Below are positions 24,539 through 34,430 of a stretch of 64,000 nt of DNA, piece after piece. This DNA is from Setoptus koraiensis (taxonomy: Eukaryota > Animalia > Arthropoda). The position numbers and the translations under genes are program-made. The DNA is taken from positions 62,001 to 126,000 of the forward strand of contig CM106585.1 in the NCBI GenBank assembly GCA_048013815.1, in the 5' to 3' direction. The stretch's first letter is position 1. Each line of letters starts with the position of its first letter. Below the pieces are notes generated by a model that searched no databases, was not told where the DNA came from, and saw only the letters and a list, made by a program, of their open reading frames with translations.

Positions 24539-26166
24539 ATGTTGTCAACTTTAGGTGAGCATTAGGCCGCGTTCGTAAACAATATCGGCAAATTCTGATT
24601 TGAAGATATTGTTTGAAAACAACACACTATTCGTGCAAACAACACAATCTTACAACTTACCTCTTTGCCCTTTCTTTGCCTTGCATTCGGACAACATTTT
24701 CATTTGCAGCATACCCGCTAGTAGCTCTAGTGCTAGTTCTGAATGCCTCTCAACTGATATTAGGCCAATTCGGAGGCCCACTACCACCGTTGCCACCTAT
24801 GCGTGGACCTGTCGGACCGGATGGCATGTTCATTGATGAGCTTGCTCCGTATGGTGGTCACCCGCCCGCAATAGTTACCGCCGGCGTTCATCATCCATCG
24901 TCAAACAATTATCCGATTGGTAAAAAAGACGAATATGAATCCAGTAGCAAAACGAAGGATGGCGACACCAAGAAGAAATCTAAAAAACAATCAGATAAGC
25001 ACAAGGAGAAAAACAAAGAATATGATAGCTCATATCCTATCGTTCGAGATCATTCCTATAGAACACACGAATCGTATGGACCAACAGAAGACAATTATAA
25101 GTACGAGCATGAGGATTACAAAGAGAAACATGGAAAAAAGGAATTCAAAACAACTACAACAACGCCAGCGCCAGGAGCATGGTCCTCTCTATCAAATGCC
25201 TGGAGTGAGTATATCAAAAGCACTGTATTCAGACCGCATTTCGTTCATTATTTTTGAATGGCATGCAACTTAACTGACTAATTGTTTGATTTTTCATCGG
25301 TATCATTTACTTAATTAGGCCGACTGTCATCATTTGGTGGAGCAAGTGACGCGAGATCGGCAAGAAGATTTCGACGTGATGTAGCGACTGGTGATGTAAT
25401 TCATGATGACAAATCACAGCAGCAACAGCAACAGCAACAATCTCAAAATCACGAACCACAAAAAGATGAGCAACAATCGATTAGTTTGGAACAGCAACCA
25501 GACACTCAGGCACAACAACAATTGCAACAGGAACTTTTGAGACAACTGCAGTTACATATGCTGCTACAAGACCCGCACCAGCTACAACAAGTACAGCAAC
25601 AACAACAGCAACAACAACAAACGGTGGCGAACGAAAAAGATGCAAAGAAAGACGAGAAGCTGACCGAAACTACACGTGTCAAGCGAAACATTCCAGAGGC
25701 TTTCCTGGGCCCGCCGGCAGCAGCACCTCATATCGACTTGCCAGCGGCAATAATTAAAGAGGTACACAAACAACAAGAACAACCACAACAGGTTATCCAG
25801 CAGCAGCAACAACAACAACAACAGGTTCAGCTACAAGAGAAGCCCGGCGTTCAGCAGATAGAACAACAACAACAACAACAGCAACAGCAGATCCAATTAA
25901 AAGAAAAACCTGGCGTTCAACAGATAGAACAACAACAGCAACAGCAACAAACATCCGTTGTTGCGCCTAGCCCATCCCTTTCGGGTGATTTGAATGCGCT
26001 AACCACCACCAATCAACAACAGCAGCAGCAACAACAGGTTGTTGTCAAAAATGATGCAACACCGGCTTATACTACTCGTGTTCATGAAACAATCAAGACA
26101 TCCATTCCAACCCAATATGTTTATCTGAAGGTGCCTAAGCATCTGATTTGTGGCGCACATTATTAA
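24539..26166 (+). CDS. Secreted Gln-rich orphan precursor with two furin-type sites; exons 24539-24554, 24710-25204, 25319-26166
   Basis: Splicing gives signal peptide MLSTLAYPLVALVLVLNASQLILG-Q, then Pro/Gly-rich and Lys/Glu-rich segments, RRFRR-DV and RVKR-NI sites, polyQ tracts and two EKPGVQQIE repeats. All junctions are GT-AG and phase-consistent. Confidence 0.8.
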
Positions 26167-26564
26167 TTAGGTCAATAATCAAACTGATCTACTAATGACA
26201 GATTAGCACGCATCAGTTAATAAATAATTGATGTCATTCAATTGATTGGACATAATGTCATAGCATCAAATGGTGGCTGAATAAGAAATAAAGCAAGCAA
26301 CCTCAAGTGAAGAGTGATTCTAACACTCATGCGAAGTACAAGGGTATTGTGTGTATTTTTAACAATTGAGAATGTCTAAATAAACTTTGCTTGTGAAGTG
26401 TTCAGCTAAATATAGCGACAGGTAAAAAATAGCGTCGCTTTCACATTTCTCTATTCATTTCGTTGACATGATGCACATAATCTCTTGTTTTGTTTCCTGA
26501 CAGTTTCGACGGATCTACATCGAAGTAGAACAATATTGATAGGTAGTTAATTTTCGGCTAAAAA

Positions 26565-27269
26565 ATGATGCGAAGATTCGGCAGCTGGCTTCTGTTAGCT
26601 TGCATGCTATCCGTTGCCGTACTAGTGAGTGGACAGGAAGAAACAGTGGACAACAATGGTGATAATTCAAATGATTTCAATCGAGATCATGAATCTGAAC
26701 TAGATCCAGCGGCCGCCGCTACAACGGGTTGCTACTCCTCACGAGATATCGAGCGAGGCATGTACCTCTATGAACAATCAGATAAAGAGGAATCAGCCGA
26801 GTCTTTAGAAGCTGCAAATGAATGGTTTGATTTCACTAACATAGTAATGTTACGCTGTCTACAGCTCGTAGATCTAGACTTGTTAGATGATTTTGTGACA
26901 GAGGATATAAAACTTTTTCATGAAACAACACAATCGTTGCTTGATTTACAGCCCGATCAATTTAAGATTTTTCTAAATCTGGGCAAAGTCGGGGACGAAC
27001 CACAAGTGGCCAGCGATTACAAGATACAACATAAGCAATTATTTGATAAAGTTCTCGAAGAGAAAAATCTGAAGAGAAACGTTATAGATTTGGATTGTGT
27101 TGTTTATAACGATAAATACAAGAAACAAATGAGGAGAGCCAATAAGTGGGCCAATATAGAAAATATGTATCCTCAACAAGTATATTATCTTATGGTGTCA
27201 AACGATCGTTTATTATATCATAGTTTGGTAGCCGATGTTTGTGATGCATACTTAGACAGTGATCTATAA
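26565..27269 (+). CDS. Secreted acidic orphan protein, 234 aa, intronless (paralog A)
   Basis: Signal peptide MMRRFGSWLLLACMLSVAVLVSG-Q. Mature region has four Cys and LMVSNDRL. Confidence 0.82.
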   Translation: MMRRFGSWLLLACMLSVAVLVSGQEETVDNNGDNSNDFNRDHESELDPAAAATTGCYSSRDIERGMYLYEQSDKEESAESLEAANEWFDFTNIVMLRCLQLVDLDLLDDFVTEDIKLFHETTQSLLDLQPDQFKIFLNLGKVGDEPQVASDYKIQHKQLFDKVLEEKNLKRNVIDLDCVVYNDKYKKQMRRANKWANIENMYPQQVYYLMVSNDRLLYHSLVADVCDAYLDSDL

Positions 27270-27507
27270 CAATAACGGATAATAATATATCCATATTTTA
27301 TAAACAATCATCATCATTAGGTCTATACTGTACTGATACATTACATAACAACAACAACAGCATGTAAAGCCTGACAGAAGCGCGAGATGCGCTTGCATAA
27401 CTGTCGCAGTCGATAGACTATACCGGCGTCCATATCCACAGATGCTGAGATATCACTAATAAATAAAATAGACCTTTACACATTGATTGAACCAATTTCT
27501 GGTTTAG

Positions 27508-28128
27508 ATGTATCGGTTTCATTTGGTGTCAATATATTTGCTACCTCTGGCAGTATTGCTGAGATTCAACTACGTCTCTTTTGCTGATGTAACAGGCAAC
27601 AGCGATGCGATCTGTTTCAACTGGAGCGAAGTTGAACAAGCCAGGGCTATTGATACAGCAACAAAGAGAACCATGTTCATTGAAAGTATTTTCAAGAGAT
27701 GCTTGAAACAATTGAATAATAAAAAAGATGTTTACAAAGTGCCAACAAATATATTAGCGTTGGGAGACTACGTGCTGGAACTTAAAACAAATCTGAATAA
27801 CGAGGTCGGCAAAAGGGATGAGACCAATACTGGCGAATATCTTGTCAGAATGTATCATAAATCGGATACAACAAATGTGGGCATAAACATGAAACAATTC
27901 GATCTATTTTGTGATGGCTACAATGCTGACAAGTTGGATATTTTAACCCAGTGTAGCGAACTGATAACCAATTATAATTTACTGACAAATCACTTGCGTC
28001 AGTGGCAAATACTAATGAGAATGTCCGAAACTGATGCACTGCAATTGATGTTAAACAACGACAACAGATTGTTTAATGTCAACGGTTACATCATATTATG
28101 TCAGAACGTGATCAGTATCTCAATATGA
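27508..28128 (+). CDS. Secreted orphan protein, 206 aa, intronless (paralog B)
   Basis: Signal peptide MYRFHLVSIYLLPLAVLLRFNYVSFA-D. RCL, DLFCDGYN and LMLNNDRL motifs are colinear with paralog A. Confidence 0.8.
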   Translation: MYRFHLVSIYLLPLAVLLRFNYVSFADVTGNSDAICFNWSEVEQARAIDTATKRTMFIESIFKRCLKQLNNKKDVYKVPTNILALGDYVLELKTNLNNEVGKRDETNTGEYLVRMYHKSDTTNVGINMKQFDLFCDGYNADKLDILTQCSELITNYNLLTNHLRQWQILMRMSETDALQLMLNNDNRLFNVNGYIILCQNVISISI

Positions 28129-28501
28129 CATATTTAACATGGTTTTTTATGATCGTACAGTTTATCCAGGATCACAGAATTGGAGAGATACTTGTAAATT
28201 GCATAGTAAATGGCCGACTGATGAATCACTCAACAACGAAACTACTGTGAGCTCACTATAGAGTGTGATGTTATTCCAATTAGTAGATAAAAACAAAGAG
28301 ATAAAGTTCAATTAACTATGTTTGTTTTTTTTTAATCGTATAAAAGAGAACGACAATTGTAACGAGAAAGGAATATTCTATCATTTGTCACTACTACTAA
28401 ATGTGTCAAGTTAGTATTTCTCCTGCGCGATTCCGGAACAAAACTTTATGCCACAAATCATAAAATTATTGTAATTATTATATGTAGACGTAGAGAGACA
28501 A

Positions 28502-29221
28502 ATGACTAGGTGTGACATTATGTTCAACGGAAGTTCTAAATTAGTTGGTTTATCGCCTGTGGCTCATGCATTCATAATTCAGTCGCTTCTTTTCATTATT
28601 CATTGTAAGCTATTCCCATGAACATGATAAGACTGATCGATATAAATTCTCAGACTAGATTAGTAATCTATATCTACAACCACAATCTATTCAGGTGAAT
28701 CAAGTGAGATCTTCAGAAGTAGCAGCTATTCTAGCAGTAGCTTGAGTGATGGAGGAGAGCGTATTACTATTTTTAAGGAATCGTCCGAAGGTACCGGCTT
28801 CAAACCTAAGACAAAATATACACAAATAGTTGAGACACCAAGGGGTACATTCGTCAATACGCAACCAACGGGCTTTGTTGAGGTATTGTCCGACAGGGAC
28901 ATTTTCACTAATAGCAGACGTAAAAACCAGAAGAATCGATTAACTGACCAAAGTCTTGGCCGTAGCACAAATAAAAATTATTACTTGCCGTATAACACCG
29001 AATCGCTATCCGACCAATATTACAGAAAGTCCAATCCTTATGCAAGGGATTTCGCAAAGGTGTTGGGAATAAAACAGGGTCATTACACTGATTTATATCA
29101 ACAAATTGACACCCCGAACAGACCACAAGAGAGTCCTCTCCAGGCTGTGCAAGAGACCCTAACATCGATAGCTCAGCAGATACAGCAAGAAGTCTCCGAT
29201 CCACTGTCCATCGGACGTTGA
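28502..29221 (+). CDS. Probable secreted orphan protein; exons 28502-28604 and 28695-29221
   Basis: Phase-1 intron (gtaagc...ctattcag) joins a hydrophobic leader (VAHAFIIQSLLFIIHC) to SSEIFRSSSYSSSSLSDGGERITIFKESSEG. Start may be 28502 or 28520. Confidence 0.7.
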
Positions 29222-29370
29222 TTATAATATGTGAACAAATGTGATTCGAGCTATGATAGAGAGGCTTGATTTGTTTGTTGGAAAAAAATCGAAAACAACT
29301 ACTACTGCAAATTTTGTATAAGAATCATAATTAATATAATAACAAACAATGATATAGTGATAAGCTTCTA

Positions 29371-31212
29371 TTAATCATCAAGCAACTCAACGTTGAATTT
29401 TATTGCGCTCTTTCGGCAAAAATTCGCCTCCAAGGCTCTACCACCACTGTATTCAAATGTTAGAGTGGCAGTAACATTGGAGCGATATGAAGATAATGAC
29501 TGGGGTGGCTCGGTATTGTTTGACAAATTTTCCTTTAGTGGTACGCTTATCGCAGCAATCATAAGCTCTATTTCAGATTCTTGACCAATTTTAATTGGTA
29601 ACGAATCGTCTACCGAATTATTATTCCAAGATATAAGATTTACTCCGTCATTTCCAACATCTGTCAACTGGATGGATATATCACCAGAGTTGTCTTGTTG
29701 TTGTTGCGCAATAGATCTTGGTGAGGTAAAGTTTATTTTTGTGCCAACTAGTATCAAATTAATATAGTCAATATCTATTGAAGAATCGTCGGCATTCTTG
29801 AATTTCACTTTCATATTGCGCTTGTTTCCTCGTTTGACTTTGATACTGTAAATTAATACTACATAGTCTTTATTCACTTGATCCATTGGTATAAATTCAA
29901 TATGAGGCTCTGCCTCATCTTCATTATCCTGAAGTGAGACATTAATAAACTCTAAACGAGGTAACGGGGGACTAACTTCGATGATGTACTGATGAGGAAA
30001 TTTAGAATTATCAGCCAACTTGGGCAACATATCAATCTTGCAATCACTTTTTACTCCAAGTACATGAGTCGAATAACCAGATATTATTAATTTGGTATCT
30101 ACGACCGGATTCATAAGTTTTTTCTGTGATGAGCTTATGGTCTGGTCAGTTTTGGATGGGCTCTCATCTAAACTAGATTCCACAACTTTTGGCGTACCAG
30201 TAAGATGAACAGTCACACTGTTCATACTGTTATCATTTTCTGGGTCCAATCTTAAACTTTTAGGTGTTGATTCAAATGGAACTCCATCGGTAAGTAGTTT
30301 GATACCCGTAACATTTAATTCAAACGGTAGTGTATTCTTGAATTTGATCATAGTGGAGCACGGTTCATCTTGAACCCATCTGAAATCTGCAATCACTGAA
30401 TTAGACAAGGTACGCTTTGGCAGTTGACTTTGATTGTACTTATTACTGAATGGTGTAAATATAAAAGGATTTTCATCAGTAGTGTTGGGAGATGCGGAAG
30501 CACGTGATCCCCTCCTACGCATTGTTATGGGTACAGGTCTAAGAGGCATCGGCAAACTCAATGGCTCAAAATGTAGACACAATGGGAATTTAGTCAAGTT
30601 TACATTACTTATGACAGAACCATTGGGCAAGGTTAACTGAACTGGAGAGTCCTCACCACAACGAGCAGAAAACAATTCTAGTCGTTCAGCTAAATCTTTT
30701 TTCCTTTGAGTTGATAGATAACTCTCCAGAGCGTGCAGAATAAAACTCATGTGTCTGATAGCTAAAGTATCGGCTTGCATTTTTTTACTACAAGTTATTA
30801 ATTCTTCCAGTAACTGTATATGTATACCTGGCCAGAACGAGCTAGTTTGACTTCGAAGTCTTTTCTCATATTCGATTGGATCCAATGTAAGGCCATATCC
30901 ATCTAGAGACTCAAGCAGCGAATTATAACATTCTTGCCAATCTGGACTCTTCAGATGGACAGACACATATTTCAATGCGGCGAAGCGCTTGTAGAAAGCA
31001 GCCTTCCTTTTGAATCCGATACTCTGGTATAATCGCACTGCCAGATCGAGCCGCTCAATTTGTAGATCATTATCTTGTGGGAATGATGCGAATATAACAT
31101 TTTGGATGAATTCGTGAACCAGAACGTGCATAGGTCTAGTATCGTTTGCTGCCTGGGTAAAATCGTAATTCTGTTGTGACTTTTTGCTACCCCTCAAACT
31201 CATCTTGTTCAT
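29371..31212 (-). CDS. TRAPPC9: TRAPP II subunit TRAPPC9/Trs120 (brunelleschi) central portion, 613 aa, intronless
   Basis: EFIQNVI...LYQSIGFKRKAAFYKRFAA, WQECYNSLLESLDGYGLTLDP, NLTKFP and FEYSGG match the middle of TRAPPC9. Confidence 0.88.
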   Translation of the reverse strand: MNKMSLRGSKKSQQNYDFTQAANDTRPMHVLVHEFIQNVIFASFPQDNDLQIERLDLAVRLYQSIGFKRKAAFYKRFAALKYVSVHLKSPDWQECYNSLLESLDGYGLTLDPIEYEKRLRSQTSSFWPGIHIQLLEELITCSKKMQADTLAIRHMSFILHALESYLSTQRKKDLAERLELFSARCGEDSPVQLTLPNGSVISNVNLTKFPLCLHFEPLSLPMPLRPVPITMRRRGSRASASPNTTDENPFIFTPFSNKYNQSQLPKRTLSNSVIADFRWVQDEPCSTMIKFKNTLPFELNVTGIKLLTDGVPFESTPKSLRLDPENDNSMNSVTVHLTGTPKVVESSLDESPSKTDQTISSSQKKLMNPVVDTKLIISGYSTHVLGVKSDCKIDMLPKLADNSKFPHQYIIEVSPPLPRLEFINVSLQDNEDEAEPHIEFIPMDQVNKDYVVLIYSIKVKRGNKRNMKVKFKNADDSSIDIDYINLILVGTKINFTSPRSIAQQQQDNSGDISIQLTDVGNDGVNLISWNNNSVDDSLPIKIGQESEIELMIAAISVPLKENLSNNTEPPQSLSSYRSNVTATLTFEYSGGRALEANFCRKSAIKFNVELLDD

Positions 31213-31334
31213 TGGATTGTTTATATTTGTTATATAATAGAGTTATTTTTGGTATTTTTGTTGTTTGTTAGATCGCTGTTTGAATAAATAGCTCACTGAA
31301 GATTAGTAAATTACCAACACAAATGGCAGTAGCT

Positions 31335-31778
31335 CTAAAATTCTAGATAAAGGATTTGCGAGACATAAGCTGATGGCAGATCAGAAATGGGTGCTATTTG
31401 TTTAGAGTTACGCATTGATTGCCTATCAGTGCACTGATTATTATGATGATTATGATGCTGCTGATGACGATAGTTGTGGTGGTCCCTCAAATTGCGAGCA
31501 AAACTATCTGTGACTGTTTGTCTTGCCTCTGGATTTGGTATATGTAAGTAATTGTATAGTGGCTCTATAATTGCCATAGATATAAAAATAATACTACAGA
31601 CAGTTATAGGCACTGTTATGGCCAGGTGCTTCGGGGGTAAATAATTCAGGCCAATAGCATAAAAGACTGTATCAGGTGTGAAAGCCCATAACAGATATAG
31701 GATACAAAGTAAATTTGAGGTGAGATGTAAGGCGAAACCATAAATACTCCTGGCCGAACTTTGCTGATCTATTAACAT
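31335..31778 (-). CDS. PIGP: GPI-GlcNAc transferase subunit P
   Basis: RSIYGFAL...LYLLWAFTPD...GLNYLPPKHLAITVP, two TM segments and C-terminal PISDLP. Confidence 0.88.
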   Translation of the reverse strand: MLIDQQSSARSIYGFALHLTSNLLCILYLLWAFTPDTVFYAIGLNYLPPKHLAITVPITVCSIIFISMAIIEPLYNYLHIPNPEARQTVTDSFARNLRDHHNYRHQQHHNHHNNQCTDRQSMRNSKQIAPISDLPSAYVSQILYLEF

Positions 31779-31938
31779 GGGGGCACGTACTTGATTTATA
31801 CCTAATTTATCGCCTCTATTTGTTGTATGTGCGTGTGTGGCGTGTGTTTATGTACGTGTGTGTCATGTGTAAGATGTGTAATAGTGGTGGTGGTAATATG
31901 AATCTCAATAATAGTGACCTTATAACACGAACTTAAGA

Positions 31939-32199
31939 CTAGTTTGTTTGGTTGAACTTTTCGATGGTTTGTTGAACAAGAATTAGTGTTTCAATAATAT
32001 TATTCAAACTAATACGCAATCGTGTGATATCCTGTGCCTCAATGGTGATCGACAACTCGTTTTTGTCTGTTTCTATTGAACGCTTAATAGCCAAAGGATT
32101 TGGAACCTGATCGGCGGATAGAGAATTCTTGGCTATATTAGCCAGTGATTCAGTTTTAAATGGCACTCGTAGCGTAACAGTATTAATCCGTTCATCCAT
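31939..32199 (-). CDS. LAGE3: EKC/KEOPS subunit Pcc1/LAGE3
   Basis: VTLRVPF...A.IA.NSL..D...R.I and LRISLNNIIETLILVQQTIEKF. First ATG at 32199. Confidence 0.85.
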   Translation of the reverse strand: MDERINTVTLRVPFKTESLANIAKNSLSADQVPNPLAIKRSIETDKNELSITIEAQDITRLRISLNNIIETLILVQQTIEKFNQTN

Positions 32200-32364
32200 A
32201 ATAGGCAACAACCGTTTGCAAGAATTTGCAAAAAATCGGGCCGGGACGGATGATGTTGATGTTTATCTGTTGTTGGCTGATTATGGTGATAATAATAATA
32301 TTTATAATATTGAAGAGGAGAAGAAGAGATAAAGAGGAATATCTACAAACTGCATTTCATCTCA

Positions 32365-32846
32365 TATAGGGTGACCAACAACTTTTGAGTCCTGTGCGGC
32401 GATAAAAATGCTTTGAATGTACTACAATGCGCACTGAGCCTTCTGTTTCGATTTCACAACGCACAATGTGAGCACATGTGCACTCAAATGTGTGCTCTAC
32501 GAGGATTCTCCATCGGCCTCAAAGCTATGCAAAAAACATCCGACAGGGCGACGCTACTTGGCTTTCCACAGGTACAAATTAGATTGTTACATTACATGAG
32601 CACTGAAGGACCACTGCTCCTCATATAGTCTGCAAGGCAATCAAAAAGATAAAATATCTAATTAGACAGTCTGGGTTCGGCTTAACATTTTCTGGACGAT
32701 GCTAGCGCCTCTGTCGGATGTTTTTTCAGATGTTTGGCCATTATTAAATACTCACACTGTGTGACTCACACAGTGTGCGTAAAAACTTTTTGTGCCTAAA
32801 TTGGTTGATGATGCTCTCAAACTCAAAAGTATTTGATCACCCTATA
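32365..32846. mobile_element. MITE (non-autonomous, Tc1/mariner-like) with TA target duplication and internal inverted arms
   Basis: tatagggtgaccaacaacttttgagt (32365-90) matches the reverse complement of 32821-46 at 23/26 positions, TA at both ends. Inner inverted arms at 32531-56 and 32703-26. No transposase ORF. Confidence 0.8.
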
Positions 32847-33481
32847 GGCGCCCACTAATCACATGTTTCTATGTCTTTATTTTACATTTACTAATGGATA
32901 TCTGACGGCAAGATATTCACACAAGATATTCATGAATGTGCAAATATACCATATACAAACAATGTGCTCATTCGGGTGCTGCACACAACACAAGTTTCCC
33001 ATTCTAACCAATGGCATCATGCCTGTTGTGAATATCAACCACATCAACCCGGGCCGACACGAGCGCCAAACGGATTCATTGTGAACTTGCCTTGTGCGTC
33101 TGGTGCAAATCGTTATGAATGCTATGCTCGCATAATTTGCGGGCATTCATACACGGTTGAACAATATTCACGCATGCGTTCATGCAGCGCGCCCACAATT
33201 TTATTCAAACTTGGCGCTGCCTGCGTAAAATAGGCATTGCATGCCCGCACCATTATTGCAAAATCCATTCGCTTGTTCGTTACACACTTGGGTTATAACT
33301 ACCGGTCCACGTTGTGTTTCTACAGCAAACAAGCATGGGATCTTTCTTAATTATTGTCCTCTAATTATAAACCCTCTCTCTTGCTAAATCTCTTTCTCTG
33401 AATAAAAGAGAGAAATTGCCATATTTGGTCACAACAGGTATAAGTAGGACCCGGCCAAGAAACATAGACACCCATCTAGCC

Positions 33482-34295
33482 ATGAGTTGCCCAACGAGAA
33501 TGGTTCTAGCTAACTTGACTGTTTTTGGCCACTCGACCTCACTTAGGAGCCTAGCACCGGCGGCCTGGCTCAGCAATCACATGTGCAAACGATACAGCTC
33601 TAAGAGGGCTCGTCTCAGCAAATACTTCGAACCTCACGTCAAGAGAAAGCACATGCTCGGTGCTTGTGAACCTTACTACCCCAAAGAAATATATCTGCCA
33701 GAGGAGAGATGTTTTTTGAATAACTACAAACCTAGAGTAGAGGAGCTTATCCCATTGGAGAAGATTTACGCCGAGGAACTCAAACAAAAACTTTCAGATA
33801 ATGACTTGGTATTAATTCTTCATAGAAATTACCTCCATCATGATAAAACCAGACTCTTTAGAAACAACCTCTTTAGAGCTAGTGGTACTCTAGAGATTTA
33901 TAATAACAAAATTTACAGGTATGCTTTTGAGCAACTTGAACGCAATGATGTTTTGAGATTTTTAGTATGCAACACTGCCATAATTGTTGGCAAATCAGAA
34001 AAACTGCCAGACTATTTAACAGCCTTGAAAAAGGTGCCTCAATTGATATTACTTGCCGGACACCTGGATGGCAAGTATTTAGTAAACCGGGACCAACTAG
34101 TCACCATGGCTCAAGCCGTCGATCTGGACTTGTGTCGTGCCCACCTATGCAATACACTCGACTTACACGGCGTGGAGTTGTCACGCATCCTCAGGTGAGC
34201 ATCAAGACTAGACTAGAATTTATGTTGTTGTTGTTGGCAGTCGGTTCGAAATGATGATTCAACATCTTGACAAGCATATGTCCGATTACTACTGA
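33482..34295 (+). CDS. MRPL10: Mitochondrial ribosomal protein uL10m; exons 33482-34194 and 34241-34295
   Basis: Basic/hydroxylated presequence, then KPRV...YAEEL, IYNNKIYRYAF, LKKVPQLILLAGHLDG. A 46-nt GT-AG intron supplies the C-terminal RFEMMIQHLDKHMSDYY. Confidence 0.85.
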
Positions 34296-34430
34296 GGATA
34301 AAAGATTCTTTTCTGATCAAACTGACTGATGATCCATTATAATCTGCTTATCGAAGGATTTTATCAATTTAGGCCTCATCGCTAATACCCCCCCCCCTTT
34401 CAATTTTCTTTTTTTTTCACTTATAAAACC

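Noticed and set aside
32703-32716. MITE arm as a CTCF site
   Set aside because: CAGAGGCGC is one base short of the AGRKGGCGC core, so only a resemblance.
32863-33233. Overlapping 73-89 aa ORFs upstream of MRPL10
   Set aside because: No signal peptide, motif or splice support, and equally long ORFs occur on both strands.
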